Source: Malacoraja senta | Taxonomy: Eukaryota | Assembly: GCA_038087875.1 (NCBI GenBank) | Contig: CM075988.1 | Location: forward strand, 8,992,001-9,056,000 | Length of the DNA stretch: 64,000 nt | Reading direction: 5' to 3' | Shown here: positions 12,026 through 24,574 of the stretch, piece after piece | Layout of the letters: every line of letters begins with the position of its first letter | Numbering within the stretch: the stretch's first letter is position 1 | Made by a program: the position numbers and the translations under genes | The notes under the pieces: generated by a model | What the model saw: only the letters and a program-made list of their open reading frames with translations | Told to the model about the DNA's origin: nothing | Database searches by the model: none

Positions 12026-12571
12026 ATCCGAGTGGCAATGCTTAAGGATTTTGAGGACGATGCAATCCACTTGATTGGTACCTGACATAACACTCTAAAT
12101 CTTCACTAATCACTAAAAGTTATTCCCTTATCATGTATCTGCACACTGTAAATGGCTCAACTTTCCGTTGACTTATAACACACAGCAGAGGTTTTTCACT
12201 GTACCTCAGTGCAAATGACAGTAAACTAAACTAAACTTCATCCCCCTTCACCACTAGTGTACTATCAGTGCCATATGTACCAGGTAAAAATGCACTGCAG
12301 TTATTTATCTAGGCTACTCCAACAACACCTCCCAAACCTACAACATGTGTCATTAAGAAAGACATGGACCACTACCCACCCATCACCCACCATCTGACTT
12401 GGAAATATATCACCATTCCTTTCATCCCAGCTGGGTCGAAATCCTGGAATTCCCCATCCAGCAACACTATCAGAGCACCTTCACTGAGTCATAACCTTGC
12501 GGGATGAATATTTGGGTTCCTAGAGCCTCACCTTTGTTTTGAAGGAGGTTAGTTGAGTTAAAGGGGAAATT

Positions 12572-12666
12572 AGGCACAAAATGTTGGAGTAAACCGGCAG
12601 GGCAGGCAGCATTTCTGGAGAAAAAGAATCGGTGAAGTTTTCGGGTCCGAACCCTTCTTCAGACTG
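12572..12666 (-). mobile_element. Penelope terminal remnant
   Basis: cacaaaatgttggagtaa..ggcagcatttctggaga..cccttcttcagac. Confidence 0.65.
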
Positions 12667-12764
12667 AAGGGGAAATTGTTCAGTGTGAAAACAAGTTTAG
12701 CCAGGCAAATGAGAAAGTGGAAGGCGGAGTTCAGATCTCCACCTTGACTATTATGTCATAACCA

Positions 12765-13032
12765 TTTCATAAGTTCACAAGGTCATAAGTGAAAGGAGCA
12801 GCATTAGGCCATTCGGCACATCAAGTCTACACCACCATTCAATCATGTCTGAGCTATCTATCCCTGCCAACCCCATTCTGCCTTCTCCCCATAACCACTG
12901 ACACCTGTACTAATCAAGAATCTATCTATCTCTGCCTTAAACATATCCATTGACTGGGCCTCCACAGCCTTCTGTGGAAATGAACTGCCACAGATTTACC
13001 ACCCTCTGACAAAAGAAATTCCTCCGCATCTC
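12765..13032 (-). mobile_element. CR1 3' end
   Basis: Reverse complement of ~9570-9820. Confidence 0.8.
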
Positions 13033-13182
13033 ACTTTTATCACTAAGTGCCATCTTCATTTCGGTTGTTGCAAATGTATTCAGATAAAGAGCCTTTAACT
13101 TGACTGTTTAATATGTTCTCTACTTTGACCCTAATTGTTGCTCCACTTTAACAACATTGCTACACCACACTATTATCTTGTC

Positions 13183-13708
13183 CTTTTTTTTAACCAAAAA
13201 TAATTTAATCATTTATTTACAATAATATTTATAGTACGAAATAAGTCAACACAAAACCCACCACCATAATACAATTCAAACAAATATACTAAATTAAATA
13301 TTATACAACTATATCACCATCCTTATTGAGGATGACTTCCACTCCCTGCGGTGCCCAGCGGTCCCGGAAATCCCCCAGGGCGCTGGTGGACAGCGCGTAG
13401 TTCTTTTCCAAAACCACTCGGGCGCGGATGTAACCCCAGAAAAGGGGCTCGGGCAGAGCCCTCTTCTGCCTGGTGCCGTGACTCGGGGATGGCCAGCTTG
13501 GCCAGGCCCAGGAGCAACCCAACCAGGACATCTTCAGCCCTACTCTCTCCCCTACGCACAGGGTGTCCAAAGATGAGGATGGTGGATGGGAAGTTCAGCC
13601 AGAAGGCAAGGAGCAGCCCCTTTAGATAGTGGAACAGGGGCTGCAACCTCACACACTCCATGTACACGTGGAACACAGACTCTTCCAGCCCGCAAGAGTG
13701 GCAGGCAT
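13183..13708 (-). mobile_element. Tx1/L1-clade LINE 3' end (CCHC zinc knuckle)
   Basis: CHSCGLEESVFHVYMEC..LLLGLAKLAI..FRDRW, followed by an AT-rich 3' UTR with AATAAA. Confidence 0.75.
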
Positions 13709-14697
13709 CATCTTGTAGTTTGCCCTTTAATTTTCCAAATATTATCTTACCTGAACCTTCCATTGCAACTTCACATAATGCTAGCTTCTGGTTACTGCCC
13801 TAGTATTCAATTCAGAACACAGAACCCAGCACAATTTAGATGAAGTCTGTCCCAATGGAATAGCTCCCTCTTTACTCTGTGCTACTGCTGGTGAACCATG
13901 AAGTGAAAACATTTTCTCCTGCATCACTCTTTTGAAACACATCTTGAAACCGATTTTTATGCAGTTCACAATATTAACATTGCAGTTCTGCTTATTAATT
14001 TAGATCCAAATACTTTATCAGTAGAACCTCTTTCTTAGAAGGTTCTCATGACTATAGTATCTAGCCTTTCCCATCAAGTTATTTTCTATACAATGCTATA
14101 TTCTGCCTAACAGTCATGCTGTGATTGTCGGCGTCAACCTTGACATTCACAAAGGTTGTTAAGACTGCAGAGCACCATGTATTTGGATGATCTAGAGAAA
14201 CGGTCAGTGATCAATTCTACATTCATCGTGAACTGGGTGAACCATTTGCACAATTGTTTTATTTACACATGGAAATGTATAGTGAATGGCCTATCTAAAT
14301 GAGGAAATAATCTGGATATGTTCCACGGGGAATAAGCATTCCTGATATGCCAATCACTAATGGGATGATAGTTCTTCTTGTCATCTCTCAGATTATTTAT
14401 TTTCCTTAGTGTTGACCTCTACTGCTAAACCTTGACATCGTTAGTTTGAATCAGAACACACAGAATCCTCAGAACTTTGGATATGGGAGCTAATATAAGA
14501 CTGCCGTATTTCTGGCTTTGAAATCATTTGCTGCAGGAAAAGTGCAGTTATTCCCAGTGAACAGTCTAATATTCATCCTTACGTAAACAGCACAAAAATC
14601 AGGTTCACCTAGAGATTACAATGTTTCAGTTCTGATGAAAGGTCATCGACTTGAACCATCAACTCAGCTTCCTGCTCCATGGATACTGTCACGGCTA

Positions 14698-15135
14698 AGA
14701 TTTTGTTTAGTTCAGTTTTGTTTATATGGAGGTACAATGAAAAGCTGTTTTGTTGCGTGCTATCCAGTCAATGAAAAGACTGTACATGATTACAATCTAA
14801 CTGTCCAAAGTGTACAGATACAGGATAAAGGGAATAACATTTAGTGCAAGGTAAATTCCAGTAAAGTCTAGTTAAAGTTTGAAGCTCTTCATTGAGGTAG
14901 TTGGGAGGTCAGGACTGCTCCCTACTTGGTGAGAGGATGGTTCTGTTGCCTGATAACAGCTGAGAAGAAACTGTGCCTGAATCTGGAGGTATGCTTTTTC
15001 AAACCTCTTTACCTCTTGCCTGATAGGAGAGGGGAGAAGAGGTGTGACTGGGGTAAAACTGGTCTTTGATTTTGGCAGCGGTCTTGCTGAAGCAACGTGA
15101 AGTGTAGATGGAGTTAATGGAAGGGAGGTTGGTTG
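14698..15135 (-). mobile_element. Rex/Babar-type LINE 3' fragment
   Basis: Same family as 60098-60395 and 52690-52835; ends in an aactaa-type tail. Confidence 0.65.
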
Positions 15136-15451
15136 GTAAAAAAAACCTGAAAACATTGTAAAAGAATAGGTGACATTTTGGGTTGGAACCCTTCTTCAGA
15201 TAAGTTGGATATTGACCCATTAGGTTGTGCCCATCTTGGATCCACTGCTGATTTCAGGAAGCACCAAATCTAAACAACTCAAATGAAGAAGCACACCTTG
15301 GGATCAGATCCAGAAATAAACAGTCCACAAGTTAAAATAATCCCAAAATCGGCACAAGGGTCAGGAAGACTTTAAAAACTCTTTATTGGACTAGATTTAT
15401 AGCTGTTGCTCTGAATTTATTTATTGGTGTTATGTGAATCTCTTTTTTTTA

Positions 15452-15680
15452 CAAGATACAGCATCGAAACTGGCCCTTCAGCCCACCGAGTCCACGCCGA
15501 CCATTAATGTTCACACCAGTTATCCCACTATCACACCCACTCTATACATACTAGGTGCAATTTTACAGTGGACAATTTACCTACAAACCTGCACGTCTTT
15601 GGGATGTGGAAGGAAACCAGAGCACTCGCGCGATCACAGGGAAAACATGCAGATTCCACCCCAGATCAGGATCAAACCCA
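15452..15680 (-). mobile_element. HE1-like SINE
   Basis: acctacaaacctgcacgtctttgggatgtggaaggaaaccagagcac core. Confidence 0.75.
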
Positions 15681-17368
15681 TTGTTGCTTTAAAACTAAAA
15701 ATACATTAGTATATATGTATCTGCTTTTCACTCTGCATCTGCATGTTTATATTACAATCCTATTGGACAGGAGAGTCTTGTAGTTGGCTGCTTTGTTACA
15801 AGTTCATGTTGTCACATGTAGTCTGAAACATTTCTCAATGTGCAAACAGAAAATGTTCTCCCTTCAAAAATGAATATACATGGATATAGATATAATCATA
15901 ATGTGCCTCAGTACATTCACAACAACTCAAAAACATGGAGAAGATGGGGCACGACTTATTTGGCTGAATGACCTATTTTAGTTCTATAAATTCTGTGTGA
16001 CCTTCCAGTAATCAGCATCGCCTCAAGGTGGTGCAGAAAACCTGAACACATTCACTCAGGGAGGTTAGCTAACCTTCAAATTCACCAATAAACTGCAGGT
16101 GATAACATGATGTTTTATTTTTGTGCCTTGATTGAGTGAGATTTCTAAAGAAAGAAAAGCATTGCCATAAGTAATTCTTCCCTGACACCTTTGCCTGCCA
16201 CTGTGGGACCATCAGTGCGTCATGCAAGGTTACATCTTTCCCCATTCAGATCCCTGAGCAGCTCATTGAGAACACTGACTGCATCTAACCTCCAGTGAAT
16301 TTTAATTCATCCCATAACAATGCACGATGTTCAATTGTTTAACTGAAGGTAAATTCTACAGTCAATTCTGACACGTAATGACACGCCAACATTTAGAGGA
16401 TGTAAACATTTTCAGTGGGTTCATTGCTGATCAGATTACACGTGGAAAGCTCACCCTGATGCATTGTCCATTGGTACCTTCACCGTGGCCAGATGATCAC
16501 TGCAAACCTTGTTTGACATATATATATATACATCAATATCTCCCTGCTTATCTCTTCGTAAGGTCCTTCAGCACGTATCCTACATTCATGAAATGTAGTC
16601 CGAGCCGTACATAGGCCGGTCATCTCACCAGATCTGCCATGTCGGCTGACAATTAATGCTAACTTCTTATCTTTATCCACACAAATTTAGATTTGTTCCA
16701 TTCATGAGACACAGGAGAACTTAGTCCAAGAAATTGTTCAAGTCCAAGTTTGGCCTAAATAGTTTTTGGTTAGTAAATCGAGGATCCTGTTGCGATTTTA
16801 GACTTGTTTTAGACATTTGTTTAAGGGTTTCATCTTACTTTACTTGCAAGTGTTGATTTTACCGAAAAGACGATATTCGACGAAGTGCGGAACTTAAATA
16901 GCGCCTCAGTGCTTTACCTCTGGCAGTCATCATTGAACTTTAAATTAATTATGGTAAAGAACTACACTGGGAGCAAGAAGATGAAAATTATTCCACTCTA
17001 AAAATAAGGTTAATTCTCTTTGGCTTTCAATTTGGTTTGCTCAAAATTAAAACCTGAGGTTTTCCATGAACACCACTTTGCTGGCTGTTTAGTCACTATT
17101 TTCCATCAGTCTAGGTGGATTGCCCTGTTTGGGAGAGGAAATGGAACCGTACAACTCAAGGAAAAGACATGGTTTAGGTGAAATTTCTGGCTATATCAGG
17201 AGCTGAGCTGCCAACTTACTCAGCTTTTTGACTCCTCTATGATATCAAAATTAGCTTTTGATAAATTCTTCAAACCTGGGCACTTCTTAGAGGCTCACTG
17301 ATAGTAACAATCATTTTTCCATCCAGCCTTCCTAAAAAGTCCATATTTGAAGAACAAATTAATTGATC

Positions 17369-17591
17369 AGAACACAAAGTGCTGGAGGAACTCAACAGGT
17401 CAGACAGCATCTCTGGATGGACCATATAAATGATGTTTAGGGTCGGGACCTTTCTGTAGTCTGAAGAAGGGTCCCAACCTGAAGCGTTGCCAATCCATGT
17501 TCTCACAGATGCTGCCTGACCCGCTGAGTTCCTCCAGCACTTTGTGTTTTTCTCAAGATTCCAGCATCTGCAGTTCCTGGTGTTTCTCTTC
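17369..17591. mobile_element. Fold-back Penelope terminal remnant
   Basis: Inverted arms, flanked by aattaattgatc at 17357-17368 and 17592-17603. Confidence 0.8.
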
Positions 17592-17997
17592 AATTAATTG
17601 ATCCAAGGCTTTGGCGGCTTTCCTAGTTAAGGTGAAGACCTCTTTGAATCTGGCCTCTTCAGCACAAGAAGGCTGTTTTCCATGTGGCCACTTTGCATAT
17701 TCCAAAAAATCCTTTCAACAGTAATATCAACGGGCTCATTACTGATTAAATTACAACTGGAAGTCTCTCCCTGTTGGCACCATTCAGAGGCAGTGGTGTC
17801 TTCCCTTTTGCCAAAACATGGCAAACTTTGTTCTGAAATATCACCCTTTGTTCCTCTTCCATTTTGTCCCTCTGTACTTTAGGTAAAAGGGATAGGACTG
17901 GAGAAAATAATAGGGATAAGGTTTGTAGTAAGGTGGCGACCAAGAAATTGGATGACCTGTTAGTAACGGCAAACATCAGTCTCTACTTATTGATACA

Positions 17998-18487
17998 AAT
18001 ACATCTATTGATGCTCCTGAACACATCATCAGTGATGTAACCTGGGGGTCATTGAGTGTTTCTGGTCTTTCAACATCAGACACCCTCACCCAGGTGACCC
18101 AGCCGTGGTTGATCAGACCACAACTGTGTTCAGGTGGCATTCGCTCCTTCCCATGGACCTTCTCTCCTGATCCAGAGCCATCTAGAGGCCTTCTCCGCTG
18201 CCTCTGTGGTGTTCTTGATGGCTCTTCTCCTCGCCACTCCATTGATGCCCAGTGCACTCAAGGCTTTGTAGAGCGATTGCCCTGCAAAACCTCTGCAGCC
18301 AACCTCGATGGGCATACACCTTGCCTTCCAGCCCTGCTTACGGCAGTCTATGACCAGCTCTTCATATTTGGTCATCTTCCTCTCGTGGGCCTCCTCCAGA
18401 CGGTCCTCCCACGGCACTGTCAGTTCCAACAAGACAATGTTTTTGGTCGCCTCTGAGACCAGGAGGATATCTGGCCTCAGGGTTAAT
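17998..18487 (-). mobile_element. RLE-type non-LTR retrotransposon 3' end (HERO-like)
   Basis: LRPDILLVSEATKNIVLLELTVPWEDRLEEAHERKMTKYEEL..IEVGCRGF is a restriction-like endonuclease motif; stop at 18130, then 3' UTR. Confidence 0.85.
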
Positions 18488-18514
18488 GGAATGTAAAAAT
18501 AAGTGGTCAAAGTA

Positions 18515-18757
18515 CACCATTCTTTCTGGAGCAGAAATGTCAATGACTAGCGGGCATAGCTTTAAGGTGGCAGAGACAAAGTGTAAAAGAGCTGAGCACA
18601 ACACGTTTTTTACACGGATAATGATGGGTGTTTGGAACGCACTGCCACTGGTGGTGATAGAGGCAGATACCACAGTGGCATTTATGGGTAAAATGGTCAA
18701 CATGAATGTGGTGGACTGAAGGGCTTGATTCTGTGTTGTACAAATCTCTGATTCTAT
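18515..18757 (+). mobile_element. Decayed CR1 3' fragment
   Basis: TSGHSFKV..FFTRIMMGVWNALPLVVIEA. Confidence 0.65.
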
Positions 18758-18779
18758 GGCTAAAGCAGTTCTACCAACT

Positions 18780-19032
18780 TTAGAGATTAGAGAGATGCAG
18801 CGTGGAACCAGGCCCATTGGCCCACCAAGTCAGCGTCGGCCATGTTCTATGTTATCTCAGTTTCTCATCCTACACACTAGGTACAATTTACAGAAGCCAA
18901 TTAACATACCTTTGGAATGTAGGTGGAAATCGGTGTACCCGGAGAAAACCTATGCGATCACCGGGAGAACATACACTCCACTCAGACAACACCCGTAGTC
19001 AGGATTGAACCAGGATCTCTGGCGCCGTAAGG
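18780..19032 (-). mobile_element. HE1-like SINE
   Basis: Core and reverse B-box (ggattgaacc) as in the other copies. Confidence 0.7.
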
Positions 19033-19859
19033 GGCCCAGAATGTATAAGAGTTACACGGTTTGTATGTGTTTGTAAGTACACTCCCTCATGCATATTGTA
19101 CCCAATTATGTTTTTGTTCTGTCATGAGTAAATTATCCTGTTATTTTCAATGTGCCCTAATTTTCCTCCTTACAGCGAGCACCACACAAATATGGTAGTT
19201 AATTGTCTAAGCCTGAACTTGAGGATATGTATAGATGCCAGCTTCAATAGCGGAGGCCGACTGGATCTTTCTAGGAAACCATTAGAATGACTCATGCTGC
19301 AATTTATATGTATTTATTAATGATAAATTAGATTTTAATGAGCATATAGATTATTACAGATGGGAATAATTACTGAGCTCGATGTGCTCCTCCACATTGC
19401 TGTTATTAACATAATTCTGTCTGGAGCGTGAGCCACTTGGCGAGATAATTAAAGGCAAGGCTTTTGCTGCATCTCCATTTCTGAATTGATTCTTGGCTAG
19501 CGATGCTCCCTCGTGAATTGAAAGGCGAGGAACATCAAGATCCCAGTGTCAAGCAGCGTGATCTGTAGCAGCCTTGGGATGAGTTCGGAGGTTGACCTGA
19601 TGAAACGATTCAAATGGGGGGAGAGCAAAAAAGAGGGTCATGAATGAAACCTGGCTCTGTGAGTCAGGTAAAAATCATTAGATTGAATCATAGATTTAAA
19701 CTTTTCCTCCCCTCCCCATGATTGAAGTATCAAACCCAAACGGGTTTAGGTTTATGTGAGAGAAAGGGCCTTTAAAGGGGAATTGATGGAAAAGATTTTT
19801 ATACTGAGTGTGGCTGATATCTGGAACTTGCTGCAAGAGGAGGTGGTGGAATCAGACAC

Positions 19860-19997
19860 TTCTTCTTCTTTCGTGTGGCGTGCACAGCCTAAAGTTGTTG
19901 GACAAGTTGTTCTATTTGATCTTCCGTTTGTGCACGTCGAGTTGATTGCATTAGTCGAAACAGGGTGGACCACGTGAAGGTTGCAATCATCCACCCC
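19860..19997 (-). mobile_element. 138-bp short retroposon with (GAA)n tail, inserted in a CR1 remnant
   Basis: 11-bp direct repeat gaatcagacac at 19849-19859 and 19998-20008; ttcttcttc at the left end. Confidence 0.8.
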
Positions 19998-21177
19998 GAA
20001 TCAGACACAATTGATAAAGAGGGTCTTTTTTTTTGACGTATTGCAAATGTGGATTTCATCTGTTTACTCTTTTTTTTAGAGGACATCTGGGTAAAATAGC
20101 TGAGCAAGAGAATCTGCAGCAATATCAAAGTTATTGCCCAAGACCTATGAGGTAGAAAAATCAGTAAGTAATTCCAAACAACAATACAGAGGTGTCAGTG
20201 GTGTCAAATCATGAAAATGTATTGAATTTCCTTGAGGCCATGAGAAAATTCCACTTTATTTTATTTCCTAATTTATAATTGTTAGTGGTTGCAGCAGACT
20301 CGCTGCTACTCATGTTTTATGCATAGCATGCCATCACAATCTTCATGGATTTCAGTGAGTTTTTGTTTTGTTTTTAAGGGGGTTATTTCACAATATTTGC
20401 ATAGCTCAAGCATGTAAACCTCAGTTAAAATGAAGGAACAATAACCATCTTATTATTTCAATTTCTGTAACTCTGGGATCTGAACTGCTTTGCTACTTAG
20501 TTTCTCATGCTGTCTATAAGTATCTAAAGTATTTCATAAAAAATAGGCCACGTAAATTGAGCCAGTAAATCATTAAAGCAGATAAATTGTGAATTACCTA
20601 CCACTTCAGAGGGTGCTGAGAGTAGATGGTCAACGATTAAGAATTGAGAACGTGTGTGAGTGAGCACTGTGCGAGTTGTGTTATTCATTGGTTTAAACTA
20701 TATTTCCCACTGGGAGTCCCCAAGGTTACACTAGGTTCTGTTCCTGAGTACTGTCCCTCACTCGATATTTTCTTAAATCAGAAATGAACAAAAGCAGTGT
20801 GTGGGGAGAGGTTCACAGAAACAACTGTGATGGGAGGGCAAACAGGCCTCACTGACTCAGTGAGAGAGAGAGTGATCTGCTCAGCGCTCTCATCTCTGCT
20901 CTGCTCAACCCAGTCTCTGGTTGTTATGCATCAGGGGTGTTGAAGGCTGGGGGTGATGTGTGGAGAGAAGGAAATACCCTATTCCCACCCTGCAGAAGAT
21001 GTCCACTGCCCTGCAGGAGCTCGTAAGCCTGTCCCCATCTATCTCACCGGATTCCCAAATGCCCACTCATGTGTATGGGACATCAATAGATTGGGCCTTA
21101 AGTAACCCTGGAAGTATCTGCATGTGGATTTTCACCTAACAGCTACGAGTTGAAAGTACCTAGCTCTGTCCTGAATA

Positions 21178-21812
21178 AGTAGAAACAAGGAACTGCAGAT
21201 GCTGGTTTACAAAAAAAAAGATTCAAAGTGTCAATGAGTCTGGCAGCATTCATAGAGAACATGGATAGATGATGTTTCAAGTTAGTGGGGAGGAAAAAAG
21301 CTATAAGACAGGAAGGGCAGGACAAAGCATAACAGGGAATAGATGAACACAGGCAAGGGGGAAGTCCGATAGGCAGATGTGTAGGAAAGAACTGCAGATG
21401 CTGGTTTAGATCGAAGGTAGACACAAAATGCTGGAGTAACTCAGTGCGACAGGCAGCATCTCTGGAGAGAAGGAATGGGTGACGTTCTGTGTCAAGGCCC
21501 TTCTTCAGACTGATGGCTGGACAAAGATCAGAGATGCGAAAAAGGGTGTGAGACAAAAGGACTGAGGAATTGCGAATTGTGAAGCCAGAGAAAGGAATGT
21601 AGGTGGAGGGGGAGGGAAATAGGTGCAGGTGGAGGTGTGGCATAGGGAGGCTGAGGGGAGAGGGGGAGAAAGGAGAGGGGAAAAGGGGGTTACTAGAGGT
21701 TATTTTATATTAGAGAATTCAAAGATCATACCTTTGGGTTATAAGATATCCAGGCACAATATGAGGTGCTGTTCCTCCAGTTTGTGTGTGGCCTCACTCT
21801 GGCAATGGAGTC
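21178..21812 (-). mobile_element. Penelope-like 3' fragments (nested)
   Basis: GIY-YIG C-terminal coding remnant ~21700-21810, plus two terminal-repeat segments. Confidence 0.75.
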
Positions 21813-22844
21813 CTGAATTAACATTGTTTGTGCTCTAACTTTCACTTCCCAGCCATGTTCACTGATATCTAATTGAAGAGTTAAGATACTTATGGGAATC
21901 AAATTCCATTTTTATTACTTGAGATCCAATGTGATTTTTAATCAGTGCTTTGAAGTTCACAGCTACAATCACATTCCCTTCAAACTGACAATGGCACACC
22001 AGCAGCGACCCTGCAAAAAGTCACATTAGTCAATGCCCCAGCAGATATTTTCCTTCAAAAGTTGGCATTCTTGAAGTTAAATAGAAATGGGGTAAGCAAG
22101 AAATAGCATCTCATCCAATATCCTCAGACACCTATGAAAAGAAAATGAATTAAATTGTAGACTCATACGACACAGAAGAACAATCGTGAGTGTATCTTCT
22201 CTTGCAAAGAGTCACCACTCCTTTGCCATTTCATCACAATTTCATCACAACTGTCCAATTTATTTTCCTTTCTCGGTCTCTATAGAATGTCTATTTGAAA
22301 GTTCCTATTGAATCTGCTTGCATTTCCTTACAGGCAAAGTATTACATGTTCCAGTGTTTTTTTTAATTTTTTATCCCCTTGGCATTTGTCAGCTAATTAT
22401 TTGAACAAAGTTTTAATTACCAAACTTCATGCCGATGAAAATATTCTCATGTTTACTTCATGCAAATCCCTCATAATTCTTAACACGTCCATAAATTTCT
22501 CCTCAACCATCTCTGGTCCGGAGATAACATCACTACTTCTTCATTATCCAGTCCATTCTCATTCCAACCTTCATCCCCACCTGATTTTTGTGTGCCAAAG
22601 CTTTTTTAGGTTCTTCAGTATTTAATTTTCCGAGATTAGGATACCAACCAATGTAATGCCAACACGCTGAGCAACTGCAATAAGTATGAACGAGATAAGA
22701 TACATCTTTCCCTGTTAAAACAAACGGTTTCAAATCTGAAACATTAATTCAGTTTCTCTTTACACAGATGCTGACTGACTTGCTGAGTGTTTCCAGCACG
22801 TTCCTCTATTTAGGATATTTCTGCATCCCTTTCCAGTTTAACCA

Positions 22845-23152
22845 CTTTTGGGGAATCGAGAAGCAGAGTGCATAGGGTAAAGGTGATTGGGAAAGATGTT
22901 ATAGGAATCTGAGGGGTAACCTTTTCACACAAAGGGAGGTGGGTGGATGGAATGAGGAGGAGGTAGTTGAAGCAGGGACTCTCGCAATGTTTAAGAAGCA
23001 ATTAGGCAGGTACAAGGATAGGACAGGTTTAGAGGGATATGGGGTAAACACAGGCAGGTGGGACTAGTGTAGATGGGACATGTAGGTCGGTGTGAGCAAG
23101 TTGGGCTGAAGGCCCTGTTTCCACACTGTATGACTAAGACTATGATTACTAT
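22845..23152 (+). mobile_element. CR1 (HER1-like) 3' end
   Basis: gggactagtgtagatgggac..gggctgaaggccctgtttccacactgtatgact tail, shared with the SINE 3' ends. Confidence 0.8.
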
Positions 23153-24007
23153 TTAAAGTATTAAGAGGCTAACTGTTTGAAAGGCCTCTCTTCCCAACTG
23201 AAACTAAACACAATTAGTCTGTCAATTGTAACAAATTCAGAAATTATGTTTAAATTGTCCTTTAAAGATGGAAGCTGATGTTTGGCATAGAAACCAAAGC
23301 ATTAGGAAACACTGAGTGTTAAGTAATAAAATAAGATGTTTTAAACTAACATCCCAATGTGCACAAATAACTAAAGGGTAGAAGCTAGATGAGTTATTAA
23401 ACAGCAGCATGTTGTTTCTCATGGGACTGTACTATAGTTAGGATTTAATATTATTATTTAATCATTTCCCACACTAATTAGATGTAGGTAGGAAATGCCC
23501 TTGAGATTGTTTGGACCATGTAGTTAGCTGGTAATTTTTGTCAGCTAATGTACCAAATGAGACCCTGATTTTTTTATATGAGATAGCCGCAATAATAAGG
23601 CTGTATTGAAATTATCAATCCTTTGCTTATCACATTAGGCGTCTTGGTGGCACCTAATAGGGGATAAATGTTATAGCCCAACAAAATACTATCCAAAAGG
23701 GGTAATGAGTGATTAGCTCGAGTCTGTTGATAGTGTGGCAGACAGCATGGCAACTTTGTGTAGCCTATTCATTTTAATGAAGGGAGGGAGCGCGCAGTGC
23801 TAACTCTCCTGTTGCTCACTTGGATGCATCACCAGTGACAAATGTTATGATAAACTGGCTCAAATTAAAGCTAGGCTGTACTGCTTAAAGCTATCCTACA
23901 CCTGTAAAGGACAAGAACAATTGTGTTTCACTGCATCCCGATTGCTCATCAACCATAATCACCATAAATCAGGTCGGACTAAACATTCATCTGCTTTCCT
24001 CTCTCTT

Positions 24008-24024
24008 ACACCCACACACACGCA

Positions 24025-24090
<66 letters not shown>

Positions 24091-24150
24091 CACACACACA
24101 CACACACACCTCTCTCTCTCTCACTCACTCTCACTCTCTCACTCTCTCTC
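24008..24150. repeat. Compound (CA)n/(CACG)n/(CT)n microsatellite
   Basis: Directly visible. Confidence 0.95.
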
Positions 24151-24574
24151 AGCAACCAGCTGAACGGGTAGATTCACCTGCATGGCCTGACCCCCGGTTG
24201 AAGTAATAGAGTTAATCATTATTACACCAGCTATTGCTGAGGCTGTGCATAACAACAGGGCAAATACCACAGAAGCTGCTGGCAGTCTCATGCTTGCAAT
24301 TTTCCCGAATCCCATGATCTATTCTAATTTACAACCCATAGATGGTATGAACATTCTTATCTTGCCTCTCAATTCCCACACCTTGCTCATAACCTTGACC
24401 ATTTTCATCTCAGATACCGATGGCAATGATGACCAGGCAATGTTACCCCTCCCCCACCCCCCACCCCCCACCCCCCACCTCAATCAGTCTGAAGAAGGGT
24501 CATCTATTCCTTTTCTCCAGAGATGCTGCCTGACCCGCTGAGTTACTCCAGCATTTTGTGTCTATGGTGTATAC

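Noticed and set aside
16470..16920. Possible exon or first exon on minus (MSNKVCSDHLATVK then gt)
   Set aside because: Stops in all frames upstream, weak donor, no recognisable protein. It remains unexplained unique sequence.
18050..18090. Hammerhead in the HERO 3' UTR (ctgatgtt..gaaac)
   Set aside because: The core lacks CUGANGA and a proper stem II.
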